Part shown: positions 1 to 9,480 of the stretch, piece by piece
Layout: every line of letters begins with the position of its first letter
How positions within the stretch are numbered: position 1 is the stretch's first letter
NCBI GenBank assembly: GCA_963849325.1
Contig: CAWKHF010000002.1
Location: forward strand, 128,001-192,000
Source of the DNA: an uncultured Planctomycetota bacterium
Lineage (GTDB): Bacteria; Planctomycetota; Planctomycetia; Gemmatales; Gemmataceae
Direction of reading: 5' to 3'
DNA length: 64,000 nt
Program-made: the position numbers and the translations under genes
Notes under the pieces: model-generated
Seen by the model: the letters and a program-made list of their open reading frames with translations, nothing else
What the model was told of the DNA's origin: nothing
Databases searched by the model: none

Positions 1-96
1 CGGGCCGTGTATCGTAAGTTCGGCATCTGCCGCATCTGTTTCCGCAACATGGCCAGCGATGGCCTGATTCCGGGCGTCAAGAAAGCCAGCTGGTGA
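1..96 (+). CDS. rpsN: 30S ribosomal protein S14 (type Z), 3' part only
   Basis: Frame 1 reads [31 protein letters not shown]; directly upstream of rpsH. Confidence 0.95.
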   Translation, partial: RAVYRKFGICRICFRNMASDGLIPGVKKASW

Positions 97-109
97 GGGC
101 ACACGGAAC

Positions 110-556
110 ATGATGACTGATTCGTTAGCGGACATGCTGACCCGCCTCCGCAACGCCAACCGCATCGAGCGCTCGGCCGTGGACATCCCGGCCAACAAGC
201 TCAAGATCGCCGTCGCTCAGGTGCTCAAGGAAGAAGGCTTCATCCTGGATTACCAGGTTGGCCGAATGCAGACCGACGAGCAGGGCAAGAAGGCGTTCCA
301 GCAGGACCGTGACCTGAGCAAGCCGCACGCTCTGCTGCGCGTGTTCATGAATTACGGGCCGGAGGGCGAGCGCGTCATCCGGCACATCGACCGCGCCAGC
401 CGTCCGGGCCGGCGCCTGTATCGCCGCTCCGATCAGCTCAAGCCCGTGCTCGACGGCCTGGGCATCGGCGTCATCAGCACCAGCAAGGGCGTCATGAGCG
501 ATCGCAAGGCCCGCGCCCAGCGCCTGGGCGGCGAACTGCTGTGTACGGTGTGGTAG
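110..556 (+). CDS. rpsH: 30S ribosomal protein S8
   Basis: MMTDSLADMLTRLRNA...STSKGVMSDRKAR...GGELLCTVW. Confidence 0.97.
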   Translation: MMTDSLADMLTRLRNANRIERSAVDIPANKLKIAVAQVLKEEGFILDYQVGRMQTDEQGKKAFQQDRDLSKPHALLRVFMNYGPEGERVIRHIDRASRPGRRLYRRSDQLKPVLDGLGIGVISTSKGVMSDRKARAQRLGGELLCTVW

Positions 557-569
557 GGAGGGCGTATCC

Positions 570-1124
570 ATGTCTCGAATCGGCAAACAACCCGTGGCCA
601 TTCCCGCCGGCGTCAAGGTCCAGGTCGCCGACGGCAAGATCCACGTCGAGGGGCCCAAGGGGCAGAAGCTCGAGTTCCCCTATCATCGGCTCATCAAGGT
701 CGAGTTGGACCAGGGAGGCAAAGCCGTCGTCGTCACACGGCCCGACGACGAGCGCTTCAGCCGGGCGCTGCACGGCCTGACGCGCAGCCTGATCGCCAAC
801 ATGATCGAGGGCGTGACCAAGGGCTACATGAAGCGCCTCAAGATCGAGGGCATCGGCTACCAGGCGACGGCCAAGAACAAGGGCGTCGAACTGACGGTCG
901 GTTACGCCAACCGCGTCCTGATGGTGCCCCCGGACGGCGTGACGGTCGAGGTGCCCGACCAGACGACCATCATCGTCAAGGGCGCCGACAAGCAGAAGGT
1001 CGGCCAGTTCGCCGCCGAGGTGCGGCACGTTCGGCCGCCGGAACCGTACAAGGGCAAGGGCATCCGCTACGAGAACGAACAGGTCCGCCGCAAGGAAGGC
1101 AAGTCCTTCACCAGCGGCGGCTGA
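570..1124 (+). CDS. rplF: 50S ribosomal protein L6
   Basis: MSRIGKQPV...[13 protein letters not shown]. Confidence 0.98.
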   Translation: MSRIGKQPVAIPAGVKVQVADGKIHVEGPKGQKLEFPYHRLIKVELDQGGKAVVVTRPDDERFSRALHGLTRSLIANMIEGVTKGYMKRLKIEGIGYQATAKNKGVELTVGYANRVLMVPPDGVTVEVPDQTTIIVKGADKQKVGQFAAEVRHVRPPEPYKGKGIRYENEQVRRKEGKSFTSGG

Positions 1125-1135
1125 GCGAGGCGACC

Positions 1136-1504
1136 ATGAATGCACAGAAGCTCAAACAAGTGCGGCGACTGCGGCGACGCAATCACGTTCGCCGCCGCAT
1201 CGTCGGCACGGTCGAACGGCCGCGCCTGTCGGTCTTTCGCAGCTCCAAGCACATTTACGCCCAGCTGATCGACGACCTCAACGGCCGTACCCTGGCCGCC
1301 GCTTGCAGCCTGTCGCCGGAGGTCCACAAAGACCTGCCTTACGGCGGCAACCTCAAGGCCGCCAAGGCGGTCGGCAAACGATTGGCCGAGGTCGCCAAGG
1401 AGCACGGCATCACCAAGGCCGCCTTCGATCGCGGACACTATCGCTATCATGGCCGCGTCAAGGCGCTGGCCGACGCGGCCCGCGAAGGCGGATTGCAATT
1501 TTAA
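1136..1504 (+). CDS. rplR: 50S ribosomal protein L18
   Basis: [20 protein letters not shown]...[26 protein letters not shown]. Confidence 0.98.
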   Translation: MNAQKLKQVRRLRRRNHVRRRIVGTVERPRLSVFRSSKHIYAQLIDDLNGRTLAAACSLSPEVHKDLPYGGNLKAAKAVGKRLAEVAKEHGITKAAFDRGHYRYHGRVKALADAAREGGLQF

Positions 1505-1587
1505 GTTCTGAGTTCTGAGTTCTGAGTTCTGAGTGAAAAAACCTCGGAGCGCAGCACTCAGAACTCAGAACTCGAGAACTCAGAACT
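1504..1587. repeat. Heptamer tandem-repeat inverted element (AGTTCTG)n...(CAGAACT)n
   Basis: 4x AGTTCTG, short spacer beginning GAGTGAAAA, then about 4x CAGAACT; between rplR and rpsE. Confidence 0.95.
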
Positions 1588-1598
1588 GAGAGTGGGAC

Positions 1599-2099
1599 AT
1601 GGCCAGAGATCGTGGAGAAGGACGAGCGGACGGGATGGAAGATCGCGTGGTGAAGATTCGCCGCTGCGCCGCCGTGGTCAAGGGCGGCCGGCGCTTCAGC
1701 TTCAACGCGCTGGTCGTCGTCGGCGACAAGAAGGGCCGCGTCGCGGTCGGCTACGGCAAGGCCAATGAGGTGCCGCCCGCCGTCGAGAAGGCGACCAAGG
1801 ACGCCCAGGAGACGATGAAGCGACAGAAGCGCTTCTCGCTGCGCGGCGACACCATCCCGCACCGCGTCATCGGACGGTTCGGCGGCAGCCGCGTTATCAT
1901 GGTGCCGGCCGGTCCCGGCACCGGCGTCAAGGCCGGACCCGGCGTCCGCGACGTGCTCGAAGTCTGCGGCGTTCACAACATTTTGACCAAGGTACACGGC
2001 AGCAGCAATCCCATCAACCTGGTCAAGGCGACCATCGCCGGCCTGATGCTGCTGCGGACGCGCGAAGAAGTGGCCCGCTTGCGAGGAGTGACTCTGTAA
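1599..2099 (+). CDS. rpsE: 30S ribosomal protein S5
   Basis: VVKGGRRFSFNALVVVGD...GYGKANEVPPAVEKA. Confidence 0.98.
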   Translation: MARDRGEGRADGMEDRVVKIRRCAAVVKGGRRFSFNALVVVGDKKGRVAVGYGKANEVPPAVEKATKDAQETMKRQKRFSLRGDTIPHRVIGRFGGSRVIMVPAGPGTGVKAGPGVRDVLEVCGVHNILTKVHGSSNPINLVKATIAGLMLLRTREEVARLRGVTL

Positions 2100-2602
2100 T
2101 GGACCTTAGCCAGGTACACGTTGGCGTTCACAAGCTGCGCAAGAAGAAGCGCGTCGGCCGCGGCGTCGGCAGCGGTCACGGCAAGACCGCCAGCCGCGGC
2201 AGCAAGGGCCAGTGGGCCAGCGCCGGCGCCAAGAAGCCGGCCGTCATGTTCGAGGGCGGACAGATGCAACTGTTCCGCCGCATCCCCAAGCGCGGTTTCA
2301 GCCACGCCACCTGGGACAAGAAGTACCACGTCGTCAACGTCGGCGATCTCGACCGCTTCAACGACGGCGAGACCATCGATGCCGAGGCGCTGCGGAAAAC
2401 TGGGCTAGCCAAGGGACCGGCCGATGGGGTACGAATTCTGGGGACGGGCGAATTGACCAAGAAGCTCACGGTTCGGGCGCACCACTTCTCCAAGTCCGCT
2501 CAGGAGAAGATCGTCGCTCGCGGAGGCACGGCCGAGGTCATTCCGCCGCCCAAGAAGCCGAAACGAAACAAGATGAAGCCGCGGACGAAGAAGGACGCCT
2601 AG
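2099..2602 (+). CDS. rplO: 50S ribosomal protein L15
   Basis: RVGRGVGSGHGKTASRGSKGQ...FEGGQMQLFRRIPKRGF. Confidence 0.98.
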   Translation: MDLSQVHVGVHKLRKKKRVGRGVGSGHGKTASRGSKGQWASAGAKKPAVMFEGGQMQLFRRIPKRGFSHATWDKKYHVVNVGDLDRFNDGETIDAEALRKTGLAKGPADGVRILGTGELTKKLTVRAHHFSKSAQEKIVARGGTAEVIPPPKKPKRNKMKPRTKKDA

Positions 2603-2615
2603 AAGGGCCAAACCT

Positions 2616-2699
2616 ATTAACCACAGAGGAACACAGAGGAACACGGATAAATTAATGAATGTTTTCATCCGTGTTTATCCGTGTTCCTCTGTGGTTAAT
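2616..2699. repeat. Nonamer tandem-repeat inverted element (CACAGAGGA-type)
   Basis: ATTAACCACAGAGGAACACAGAGGAACACGGAT...ATCCGTGTTCCTCTGTGGTTAAT. Confidence 0.9.
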
Positions 2700-2728
2700 G
2701 TTTGCTGGGCGGCCTCAAGGAGTTGAGC

Positions 2729-4228
2729 ATGAACAAGCAAAATCCCTACCTGATCGGCGCGGCCGCCATCGCCGTCCTGTTTCTTCTCTTATCGCTGATG
2801 ATGAGCTGGCAGCAGGCCGCCGTCGTCACCGCGATCGCCGTGGTCGTGGCCTTCCTGCTCTATCGCGGCAAGGTCAAGGCCATCTTCACCATCCCGGAAC
2901 TGCGGCAAAAGATCCTGCTGACGCTGCTGTTTTTGGCCATCTACCGCATCGGCTTCTCGATCCCGCTGCCCTTCGTCGATCAGCGCAAGATGACGCAGGC
3001 GATGGGCGCCGGCGGCGCCCTGGGCAACGTGCTCAACTTCGTGTCCATGTTCTCCGGCGGCAACCTCAGCCATGCCACCGTGTTCGGCCTGGGCATCATG
3101 CCGTACATCTCCGCGTCGATCATCTTCCAGCTCCTCGGCGCCGTCTATCCGCCGCTGGAGAAATTGCAAAAGGAAGGCGAGAGCGGCCGCAAAAAGATCA
3201 ACGAATACACGCGCTACGCCACCGTCATCATCTGTCTGTTCCAGGCATTCATGTACGTGCAATTCATCATGGGTTCGCCGCAAGCGGGCAAACAGGGCTG
3301 GGGCTTGCCCGAGTACGATTCCTGGCCGGCCTGGTTGACGATGGTCGTGACCATGACGTGCGGCACGATTTTCCTGATGTGGCTGGGCGAGCAGATCGAC
3401 GAATACGGCATCGGCAACGGTATCAGTCTCATCATCATGGCCGGTATCGTGGCCCGCATCCCGGCGGCGACCTCGACGTTGTTCTTCGAGAACGGACACT
3501 TCAAGGATTCGGTGTTCACGCTGGGCGGCGGCGGTGGCGGCGGCCGCGACATGAGCTTCGAGAAGCTGGTGGTGCTGGTCGTGTTGTTCGTCACAGTGGT
3601 CATCGGCGTGGTGGCCATCACCAAGGCGCAGCGGCGCATCAAGACACAGTCGGCCAAGCACGTTCGCGGCCGTCGTGTCTTCGGCGGCACCAGCCAATGG
3701 CTGCCGCTGCGCGTCAATCAGGCCGGCGTCATGCCGGTCATCTTCGCCAGCAGCTTGCTGGTGCTGCCGTTCTTCGTCTTCGGCGCCGTCGCCAACGCCA
3801 CCGACTGGCGCTGGGCCCGCATCCTGCAAGAGACGTTCGAGCGCCAGGGCTACTGGTACACCATCATGTTCATCGCCCTTATCTACGTCTTCTGCTATTT
3901 TTGGACGGCCATTATCTTCAATCCCAAGGACATGGCCAACAACCTGAAGGACTACGGCAGCTTCATCCCCGGTTATCGGCCGGGCAAGCGGACGTCGGAA
4001 TACCTCGAGCGCGTGATGATCCGCATCACCTACGTCGGGGCGGCGTTCCTGGCGGTCATCGCCGTCATTCCGACGCTCATCACCAATACGATGAACGTCG
4101 ATCCCAACGTGGCCAGTTTTTACGGCGGGACCGGCCTGCTGATCGTCATCAGCGTGGCCCTGGACCTGGTGCAGAAGATCAACAGCCACCTGGTCATGCG
4201 CAACTACCCCGGTTTGACCGAGGATTGA
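2729..4228 (+). CDS. secY: Preprotein translocase subunit SecY
   Basis: LGIMPYISASIIFQLL, GIGNGISLII, NQAGVMPVIFASS, FIPGYRPG, GGTGLLI; AAGGAG RBS before ATG 2729. Confidence 0.97.
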   Translation: MNKQNPYLIGAAAIAVLFLLLSLMMSWQQAAVVTAIAVVVAFLLYRGKVKAIFTIPELRQKILLTLLFLAIYRIGFSIPLPFVDQRKMTQAMGAGGALGNVLNFVSMFSGGNLSHATVFGLGIMPYISASIIFQLLGAVYPPLEKLQKEGESGRKKINEYTRYATVIICLFQAFMYVQFIMGSPQAGKQGWGLPEYDSWPAWLTMVVTMTCGTIFLMWLGEQIDEYGIGNGISLIIMAGIVARIPAATSTLFFENGHFKDSVFTLGGGGGGGRDMSFEKLVVLVVLFVTVVIGVVAITKAQRRIKTQSAKHVRGRRVFGGTSQWLPLRVNQAGVMPVIFASSLLVLPFFVFGAVANATDWRWARILQETFERQGYWYTIMFIALIYVFCYFWTAIIFNPKDMANNLKDYGSFIPGYRPGKRTSEYLERVMIRITYVGAAFLAVIAVIPTLITNTMNVDPNVASFYGGTGLLIVISVALDLVQKINSHLVMRNYPGLTED

Positions 4229-4252
4229 GCCGCTCGCGGCAGAGGGCCCTTT

Positions 4253-4921
4253 ATGCGTCTCATTCTTCTCGGTCCGCCCGGCTGCGGTAAAGGGACGCAG
4301 GCCAAGCTGCTGTCCCAGCGCGAGGGGATGGAGCACATCGGCACCGGCGACATCCTTCGCCAGGCCATCCGCCAGCAAACGCCGGCCGGCCGCCGGGCAC
4401 ATCCCTTCGTGGAATCCGGGCGCCTCGTCCCCGACGACCTGGTCAACGACGTCGTTGCCGAGCGCTTCAAGCGCGACGACCGCCCCGACCATTTCGTCAT
4501 GGACGGTTATCCTCGCACGCTGGCGCAGGCGGCGGCCTTCGACCAGGTGCTGCGGCAGCAGTTTCTCGACCTGTCGGCCGTCATCCTGCTGCAAGTGGAA
4601 GACGAGGAAATCATCGGCCGGGTCAGCGAGCGCTGGAGTTGTCCCAAGCCGGGCTGCAAGGCGACCTACCATACCGTGAGCAATCCGCCGAAGGTGCTCG
4701 GCGTCTGCGATTACTGCGGCACGCAGCTCGTCCAGCGCGAAGACGATCGGCCGGGGACGGTGCGGGCCCGCCTGGTGGTGTATCATGGCAATACCGAGGC
4801 GCTGGTCGGACACTACCGCGCGCAGAGGTTGTTGCACGAGGTTGCCGGACACGGCCCGATCGAGGAAGTGTACGCGAACATCATCAAGGTTTTGAAGCGC
4901 CAGGCGGGGCCGAAGTGTTAA
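4253..4921 (+). CDS. adk: Adenylate kinase (Zn-binding LID)
   Basis: GPPGCGKGTQA P-loop, DGYPR, CPKPGC...CDYC LID. Confidence 0.97.
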   Translation: MRLILLGPPGCGKGTQAKLLSQREGMEHIGTGDILRQAIRQQTPAGRRAHPFVESGRLVPDDLVNDVVAERFKRDDRPDHFVMDGYPRTLAQAAAFDQVLRQQFLDLSAVILLQVEDEEIIGRVSERWSCPKPGCKATYHTVSNPPKVLGVCDYCGTQLVQREDDRPGTVRARLVVYHGNTEALVGHYRAQRLLHEVAGHGPIEEVYANIIKVLKRQAGPKC

Positions 4922-5725
4922 GGTCGTTTTTCCCTCAGAAGCCGGAACTGAAGTCACCGCGCGAGATTGGCCTGATGCGCGCGGCCGGCAAGATCGTGGC
5001 CGAGGCGCTGCGCCTGTGCCGAGAGTTGGCGAAGCCGGGCGCGAAGACCATCGAGTTGGACCAGGCCGTCGAGGCGCTGTACACCGCGCGGAGCGCTGCC
5101 GCTGTTCAAGGGCTACCCTGGCCGCGTGCCGTTCCCGGCGGTGACGTGCATCTCGGTCAACGAGCAGGTGGTCCACGGTATCCCCGGTCAACGGGTCATC
5201 CGCGATGGCGATCTGCTCAAGATCGACACCGCCTGCAAGCTCAACGGCTGGTGCGCCGACGCGGCGATCACCCTGGCGGTCGGCGAGGTCAGCGCCGAGA
5301 AGCGGCGGTTGGTCGCGGTCGGCGAACAGGTGCTGCGGACGGCGATGGTCGAGATGGGCCGGCGCAAGTGGTGGTCGGAGGTGGCCGGTCAGATGCAGCG
5401 CGTGGCCGAGTCGGCCGGATTCAGCGTGGTGACGCAGTACGTCGGCCACGGCATCGGCCGCGTCATGCACGAGAACCCGCAAGTGCCCAACTTCGTCAAC
5501 CGCGACCTGCGCAAACACGATTTCAAGCTCGACGAAGGGCTGGTGCTGGCCGTCGAGCCGATGGTCAACATGGGCCGCGCCGATACCGATACGCAGCGCG
5601 ATCACTGGACGGTGGTGACTCGCGATGGTCTGCCGAGCGTCCACGTCGAGCATACCCTGGCCGTGACGCGCGACGGCGTGTATGTCGTCACGGCGGACGA
5701 GGAGATGATGGTGCCGCGCGGTTAG
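4915..5725 (+). CDS. map: Methionine aminopeptidase type I (apparent frameshift near 5095)
   Basis: LKSPREIGLMRAAGKIVA in one frame; CISVNEQVVHGIP, GHGIG, EPMVN, HVEHT in another. Confidence 0.9.
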
Positions 5726-5741
5726 CCGCAAGCGGCTCCCC

Positions 5742-5770
5742 TTGCCGCTGGGGCGCGGGATTGCTATAGT
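5742..5770 (+). promoter_or_regulatory. Putative sigma-70 promoter for the rpmJ-rpsM-rpoA operon
   Basis: TTGCCG-N17-TATAGT with extended TG. Confidence 0.55.
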
Positions 5771-5815
5771 TACGCTTTCCTACTCCGGCATAAGAGTTGC
5801 GGTTGGGAGTTGACC

Positions 5816-5929
5816 ATGAAGGTTCGAGCGAGTGTGAAGCGCATCTGTGAGAACTGCAAGCTGGTGCGGCGGCACGGCAAGCTGCTGGTGATTTGCAGCA
5901 ATCCCCGTCACAAGCAGCGCCAGGGCTGA
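5816..5929 (+). CDS. rpmJ: 50S ribosomal protein L36 (Zn-type)
   Basis: [37 protein letters not shown]; too short for the ORF track. Confidence 0.97.
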   Translation: MKVRASVKRICENCKLVRRHGKLLVICSNPRHKQRQG

Positions 5930-5944
5930 GCGAGGAGATCCACC

Positions 5945-6331
5945 ATGCCGCGTATCCTGGGTGTTGACCTGCCCAACGACAAGCCGACGCACATCTCGCT
6001 GCGTTACATCTACGGCGTGGGTCCGACGCTGGCCCTGCGCCTGTGCGAGCAGGCGCGCGTCGATCCGCTGCGTCCGGCCAAGAACCTGAGCGATGAAGAC
6101 ATCGCGCGCCTGGCGACCATCTTGGACCGCGAATACACTGTCGAAGGCCCGCTGCGCCGTCAGATTCAGCAAAACATCGCCCGCTTGAAGGACATTCAGT
6201 GCTACCGCGGTTTCCGGCACCGTCGCAGTCTGCCGGTTCGCGGTCAGCGGACGCGCACCAACGCCCGCACCCGCAAGGGGCCGCGCAAGACCGTGGCCGG
6301 CAAGAAGGGCGTCAAGGAAATGCGCGGGTAA
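5945..6331 (+). CDS. rpsM: 30S ribosomal protein S13
   Basis: [17 protein letters not shown]. Confidence 0.98.
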   Translation: MPRILGVDLPNDKPTHISLRYIYGVGPTLALRLCEQARVDPLRPAKNLSDEDIARLATILDREYTVEGPLRRQIQQNIARLKDIQCYRGFRHRRSLPVRGQRTRTNARTRKGPRKTVAGKKGVKEMRG

Positions 6332-6362
6332 CGGAGACCGAGGCACAGGGAGATTCGCATCC

Positions 6363-6743
6363 GTGGCCAAGAGCAAGAAACGCAAGCAGCGTCGCAACGT
6401 CAGCCGGGGCGTGGCCCACATCAAGGCGACGTTCAACAACACCATCGTCACCATCACCGACACCAACGGCGATACCCTGTGCTACGCCTCGGCCGGGACA
6501 GTCGGCTTCAAGGGCAGCCGTAAGAGTACGCCGTTCGCCGCCCAGCGCGCCGCCGAGGTCGCCGCCGAACGGGCGACGAAGTTCGGCCTTAAAGAGGTCG
6601 AGGTTCGCGTCAAGGGTCCGGGTTCGGGCCGCGAGTCGGCCGTCACCGCCTTGCAGGCCGCCGGCCTGAACATCAAGGCCATTGAAGACGTCACGCCGCT
6701 GCCGCACAACGGCTGCCGGCCGCCGAAGAAACGCCGCGTCTAA
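6363..6743 (+). CDS. rpsK: 30S ribosomal protein S11
   Basis: [12 protein letters not shown]...[14 protein letters not shown]...[13 protein letters not shown]. Confidence 0.98.
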   Translation: MAKSKKRKQRRNVSRGVAHIKATFNNTIVTITDTNGDTLCYASAGTVGFKGSRKSTPFAAQRAAEVAAERATKFGLKEVEVRVKGPGSGRESAVTALQAAGLNIKAIEDVTPLPHNGCRPPKKRRV

Positions 6744-6746
6744 AAT

Positions 6747-6850
6747 AAGTTCTGAGTTCTGAGTTCTGAGTTCTGAGTGCAATACCTCAAGGACTTCGTA
6801 CTCCGAACTCAGAACGGAGTGGAATACTCAGAACTCAGAACTCAGAACTT
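6747..6850. repeat. Heptamer inverted element (AGTTCTG family)
   Basis: AGTTCTG x4...CAGAACT repeats, filling the rpsK-rpsD gap. Confidence 0.95.
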
Positions 6851-6853
6851 TCT

Positions 6854-7489
6854 ATGGCACGCACGATTGATCCAGTCTGCAAACTTTGCCGCCGCGAAGG
6901 CATCAAGCTTTTCCTCAAGGGCAGCCGCTGCGAGAGTCCCAAGTGCGCCATCGAACGGCGCAACGTCGCTCCGGGCATGCACGGCTATCGCCGCGGCAAG
7001 CCGAGCGAGTACGGCACCCGCCTGCGCGAGAAACAGAAGCTCAAACGCTTTTACGGACTGCTGGAGCGCCAGTTCCGCCGCTATTTCGAGCTGGCCTCGC
7101 GCTCGACGGAGAACACCGGCGAGGTGCTCTTGACCCTCATGGAACGCCGCCTCGATAATGTGATCCATCGGCTGGGCTTCGCGCCCAACCGAGCGTCGGC
7201 CCGCCAGCTGGTGACGCACGGCCACGTCCAACTCAACGGACGGGCCTGCAACATCCCCAGCCTGCTGGTCAAGGCCGGCGATACCGTGACGATCAAGAGT
7301 CGGCCGCGCAGCCTGCAACTGGTCAAGCTCAACCTGCAAGACAATCCGCCGCCCGCGCCCGATTATCTGCAACGAACCGGCACCGAGCCGCCCGAGGGCC
7401 GCATGAGCCGGCTGCCCACGCGCGGCGACGTCGATCCACGCATCCAGGACATCCGCGAACAATTGATTATTGAGTTCTGCTCCCGATAA
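6854..7489 (+). CDS. rpsD: 30S ribosomal protein S4
   Basis: CKLCRREG, LREKQKLKRFYG, ERRLDNV, ARQLVTHGH. Confidence 0.98.
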   Translation: MARTIDPVCKLCRREGIKLFLKGSRCESPKCAIERRNVAPGMHGYRRGKPSEYGTRLREKQKLKRFYGLLERQFRRYFELASRSTENTGEVLLTLMERRLDNVIHRLGFAPNRASARQLVTHGHVQLNGRACNIPSLLVKAGDTVTIKSRPRSLQLVKLNLQDNPPPAPDYLQRTGTEPPEGRMSRLPTRGDVDPRIQDIREQLIIEFCSR

Positions 7490-7500
7490 CCGCTGGAAAA

Positions 7501-7581
7501 AGGGGTCAGGGGTCAGGGGTCAGGGGTCAGAGAAAACCGAGCTGTGTTTTTCTGACCCCTGACCCCTGACCCCTGACCCCT
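7501..7581. repeat. Heptamer inverted element (GGGGTCA)n...(TGACCCC)n
   Basis: 4x GGGGTCA then 4x TGACCCC between rpsD and rpoA. Confidence 0.95.
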
Positions 7582-7597
7582 GTGGAGAAAATGGAAC

Positions 7598-8599
7598 ATG
7601 CGTATTCGATGGCGTGGCTTGGAGCTGCCCAACCGCGTGGCCAGCGATCGCTCAACGCTGACCGATACCTACGGCAAATTCACCGCCGAACCGTTCGAGC
7701 GCGGCTTCGGCGTCACCGTCGGCAATAGCTTGCGCCGCATCCTGCTGTCGAGCCTGGAAGGCAGCGCCGTCACCCGCGTCAAGATCCAGGGCGTCCAGCA
7801 CGAGATCAGCACCATTCCCGGCGTCGTCGAGGACGTCACCGACATCATCCTCAACATCAAGAGCCTGGTGGTCCGAAACGCCAGCGATTCGCCGCGCACC
7901 CTCCGTATCGAACGGCACGAACGCGGCGTCGTCAAGGGCGCCGACATCATCACCGATCAGGACGTTGAAATCATCAACCCCGACCACATCATCGCCACGC
8001 TGACCGACGATGTGCCGTTCGTGGTCGAGATGCGCGTCGAGAACGGCCGCGGCTACCGCATGGCCGAGGAGAACGTCGAGCTGGAGCGCGAGATCGGCGT
8101 CATCCCGGTCGATTCGAGCTTCTCGCCGGTCGTTCGCGTCAAGCACGAGATCGAGGACACGCGCGTCGGCCAGCGCACCAACTACGACAAGCTAATTATC
8201 GAGATCTGGACCAACGGCACGGTGACGCCGCAGATGGCACTGGTCGAGGGCGCCAAGATCCTGCGCAAGCACCTCAACCCATTCATCCAGTACGCCGAGC
8301 CGGGACCGGAAATCAGCATGGAGGACAAGGGCGAACTGGGCGCGGGGGGCGACCAGGTCGATCACGAACTGGAACGCAAGCTGAACATGAGCCTGGCCGA
8401 ACTGGAGTTGTCGGTTCGGGCGACGAACTGTTTGGAATCCGAGGGGATCACGACAGTACGCGACCTGGTCATGCGTGGCGACGATGAGCTGCTGGAAGTG
8501 CGCAACTTCGGCGAGACGACGCTGAAGGAAGTCAAAATCAAGCTGGAGGAGCGCGGCCTGCACCTGGGCATGAAGCTGCCGGCCTCGCTGCGGCGCTGA
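7598..8599 (+). CDS. rpoA: RNA polymerase subunit alpha
   Basis: [37 protein letters not shown]...NFGETTL. Confidence 0.98.
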   Translation: MRIRWRGLELPNRVASDRSTLTDTYGKFTAEPFERGFGVTVGNSLRRILLSSLEGSAVTRVKIQGVQHEISTIPGVVEDVTDIILNIKSLVVRNASDSPRTLRIERHERGVVKGADIITDQDVEIINPDHIIATLTDDVPFVVEMRVENGRGYRMAEENVELEREIGVIPVDSSFSPVVRVKHEIEDTRVGQRTNYDKLIIEIWTNGTVTPQMALVEGAKILRKHLNPFIQYAEPGPEISMEDKGELGAGGDQVDHELERKLNMSLAELELSVRATNCLESEGITTVRDLVMRGDDELLEVRNFGETTLKEVKIKLEERGLHLGMKLPASLRR

Positions 8600-8601
8600 C
8601 A

Positions 8602-8701
8602 CAGTTGTCAGTTGTCAGTTGTCAGTTGTCAGTAAATGATTGCTGGCGGTTGGCTCCCGACAACTGACAACTGACAACTGACAACTGACAACTGACAACT
8701 G
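8602..8701. repeat. Heptamer inverted element (CAGTTGT)n...(ACAACTG)n
   Basis: 4x CAGTTGT then 6x ACAACTG between rpoA and rplQ. Confidence 0.95.
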
Positions 8702-8703
8702 CT

Positions 8704-9294
8704 ATGAGACACCTGAAAGCCGGTCGCAAACTGGGCCGTAACGCTTCGCATCGCCTGGCCCTGATGCGCAACCTGACGCGCAGCCTCATCGAACACGAGC
8801 GGATCATCACCACGGTCGAAAAGGCCAAGGAACTGCGGCCGTTCGTCGAGAAGCTGATTACGCTGGCCAAGAAAGGACTGGCCAGCGGCGACCCCATCAA
8901 GGGCGTGCATGCCCGCCGCCTCGTCCGGGCGCGCCTCGGCTCGGTCGCCAAGGTGCCGTTCTACGATGAGAAGGGCAAGCCGACGGACGACTCGGTCCTC
9001 AAGAAGCTATTCAAGGAGATCGCCCCTCGCTTCGCCGATCGGCCGGGCGGTTACACGCGCATCATCAAACGACACGAGCGCCGCCTGGGCGATGCCGGCC
9101 GCACGGCATTCATCGAACTGCTCAAAGAGGGCGAGACCAAGGTCCAGAGCCGGGCGCCGGCCCCGGCGCCGCGCGTGACGGAGCCGACGCCGCCGCCGCC
9201 GCCCGTCCAGGCTCCCGAGGCGAGTACGCAACCGGAGGCGCCTCCTCCGCCGCCGCAGGAACCGGCGCCGCCGGCGAATCCGCCTTCCGCGTAA
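8704..9294 (+). CDS. rplQ: 50S ribosomal protein L17 with Pro-rich C-terminal tail
   Basis: MRHLKAGRKLGRNASHR...RPGGYTRIIK. Confidence 0.97.
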   Translation: MRHLKAGRKLGRNASHRLALMRNLTRSLIEHERIITTVEKAKELRPFVEKLITLAKKGLASGDPIKGVHARRLVRARLGSVAKVPFYDEKGKPTDDSVLKKLFKEIAPRFADRPGGYTRIIKRHERRLGDAGRTAFIELLKEGETKVQSRAPAPAPRVTEPTPPPPPVQAPEASTQPEAPPPPPQEPAPPANPPSA

Positions 9295-9315
9295 CTCCTA
9301 TCACTCCCGACCTCA

Positions 9316-9378
9316 TTTCGCCGCGACGCGCAGCGGAGCGCGGGTTTGTCCCGCGCTCCGCTGCGCGTCGCGGCGAAA
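9316..9378. repeat. REP-like palindrome family A (GCCGCGACGCGCAGCGGAGCGC)
   Basis: Near-perfect hairpin; copies at 10815, 28903 and 48440. Confidence 0.9.
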
Positions 9379-9480
9379 CGGAAAGTGCATTTCGCGTTGA
9401 CCCCATGCACCCCTCCGCGGTATGGTCCCGCGCCGCCCGATGGAGTGGGACGGAGGTTGGCTCAAGCAGGAGGGGAGACG

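Noticed and set aside
2789-5731. Long antisense ORFs (980 aa here, 944 aa at 45305-48139, and many others)
   Set aside because: Shadow ORFs opposite well-recognised genes in high-GC DNA.
1504-8701. Heptamer arrays as CRISPR arrays or sequencing artefacts
   Set aside because: There are no unique spacers, and the inverted layout, shared junctions and intergenic placement argue they are real elements.
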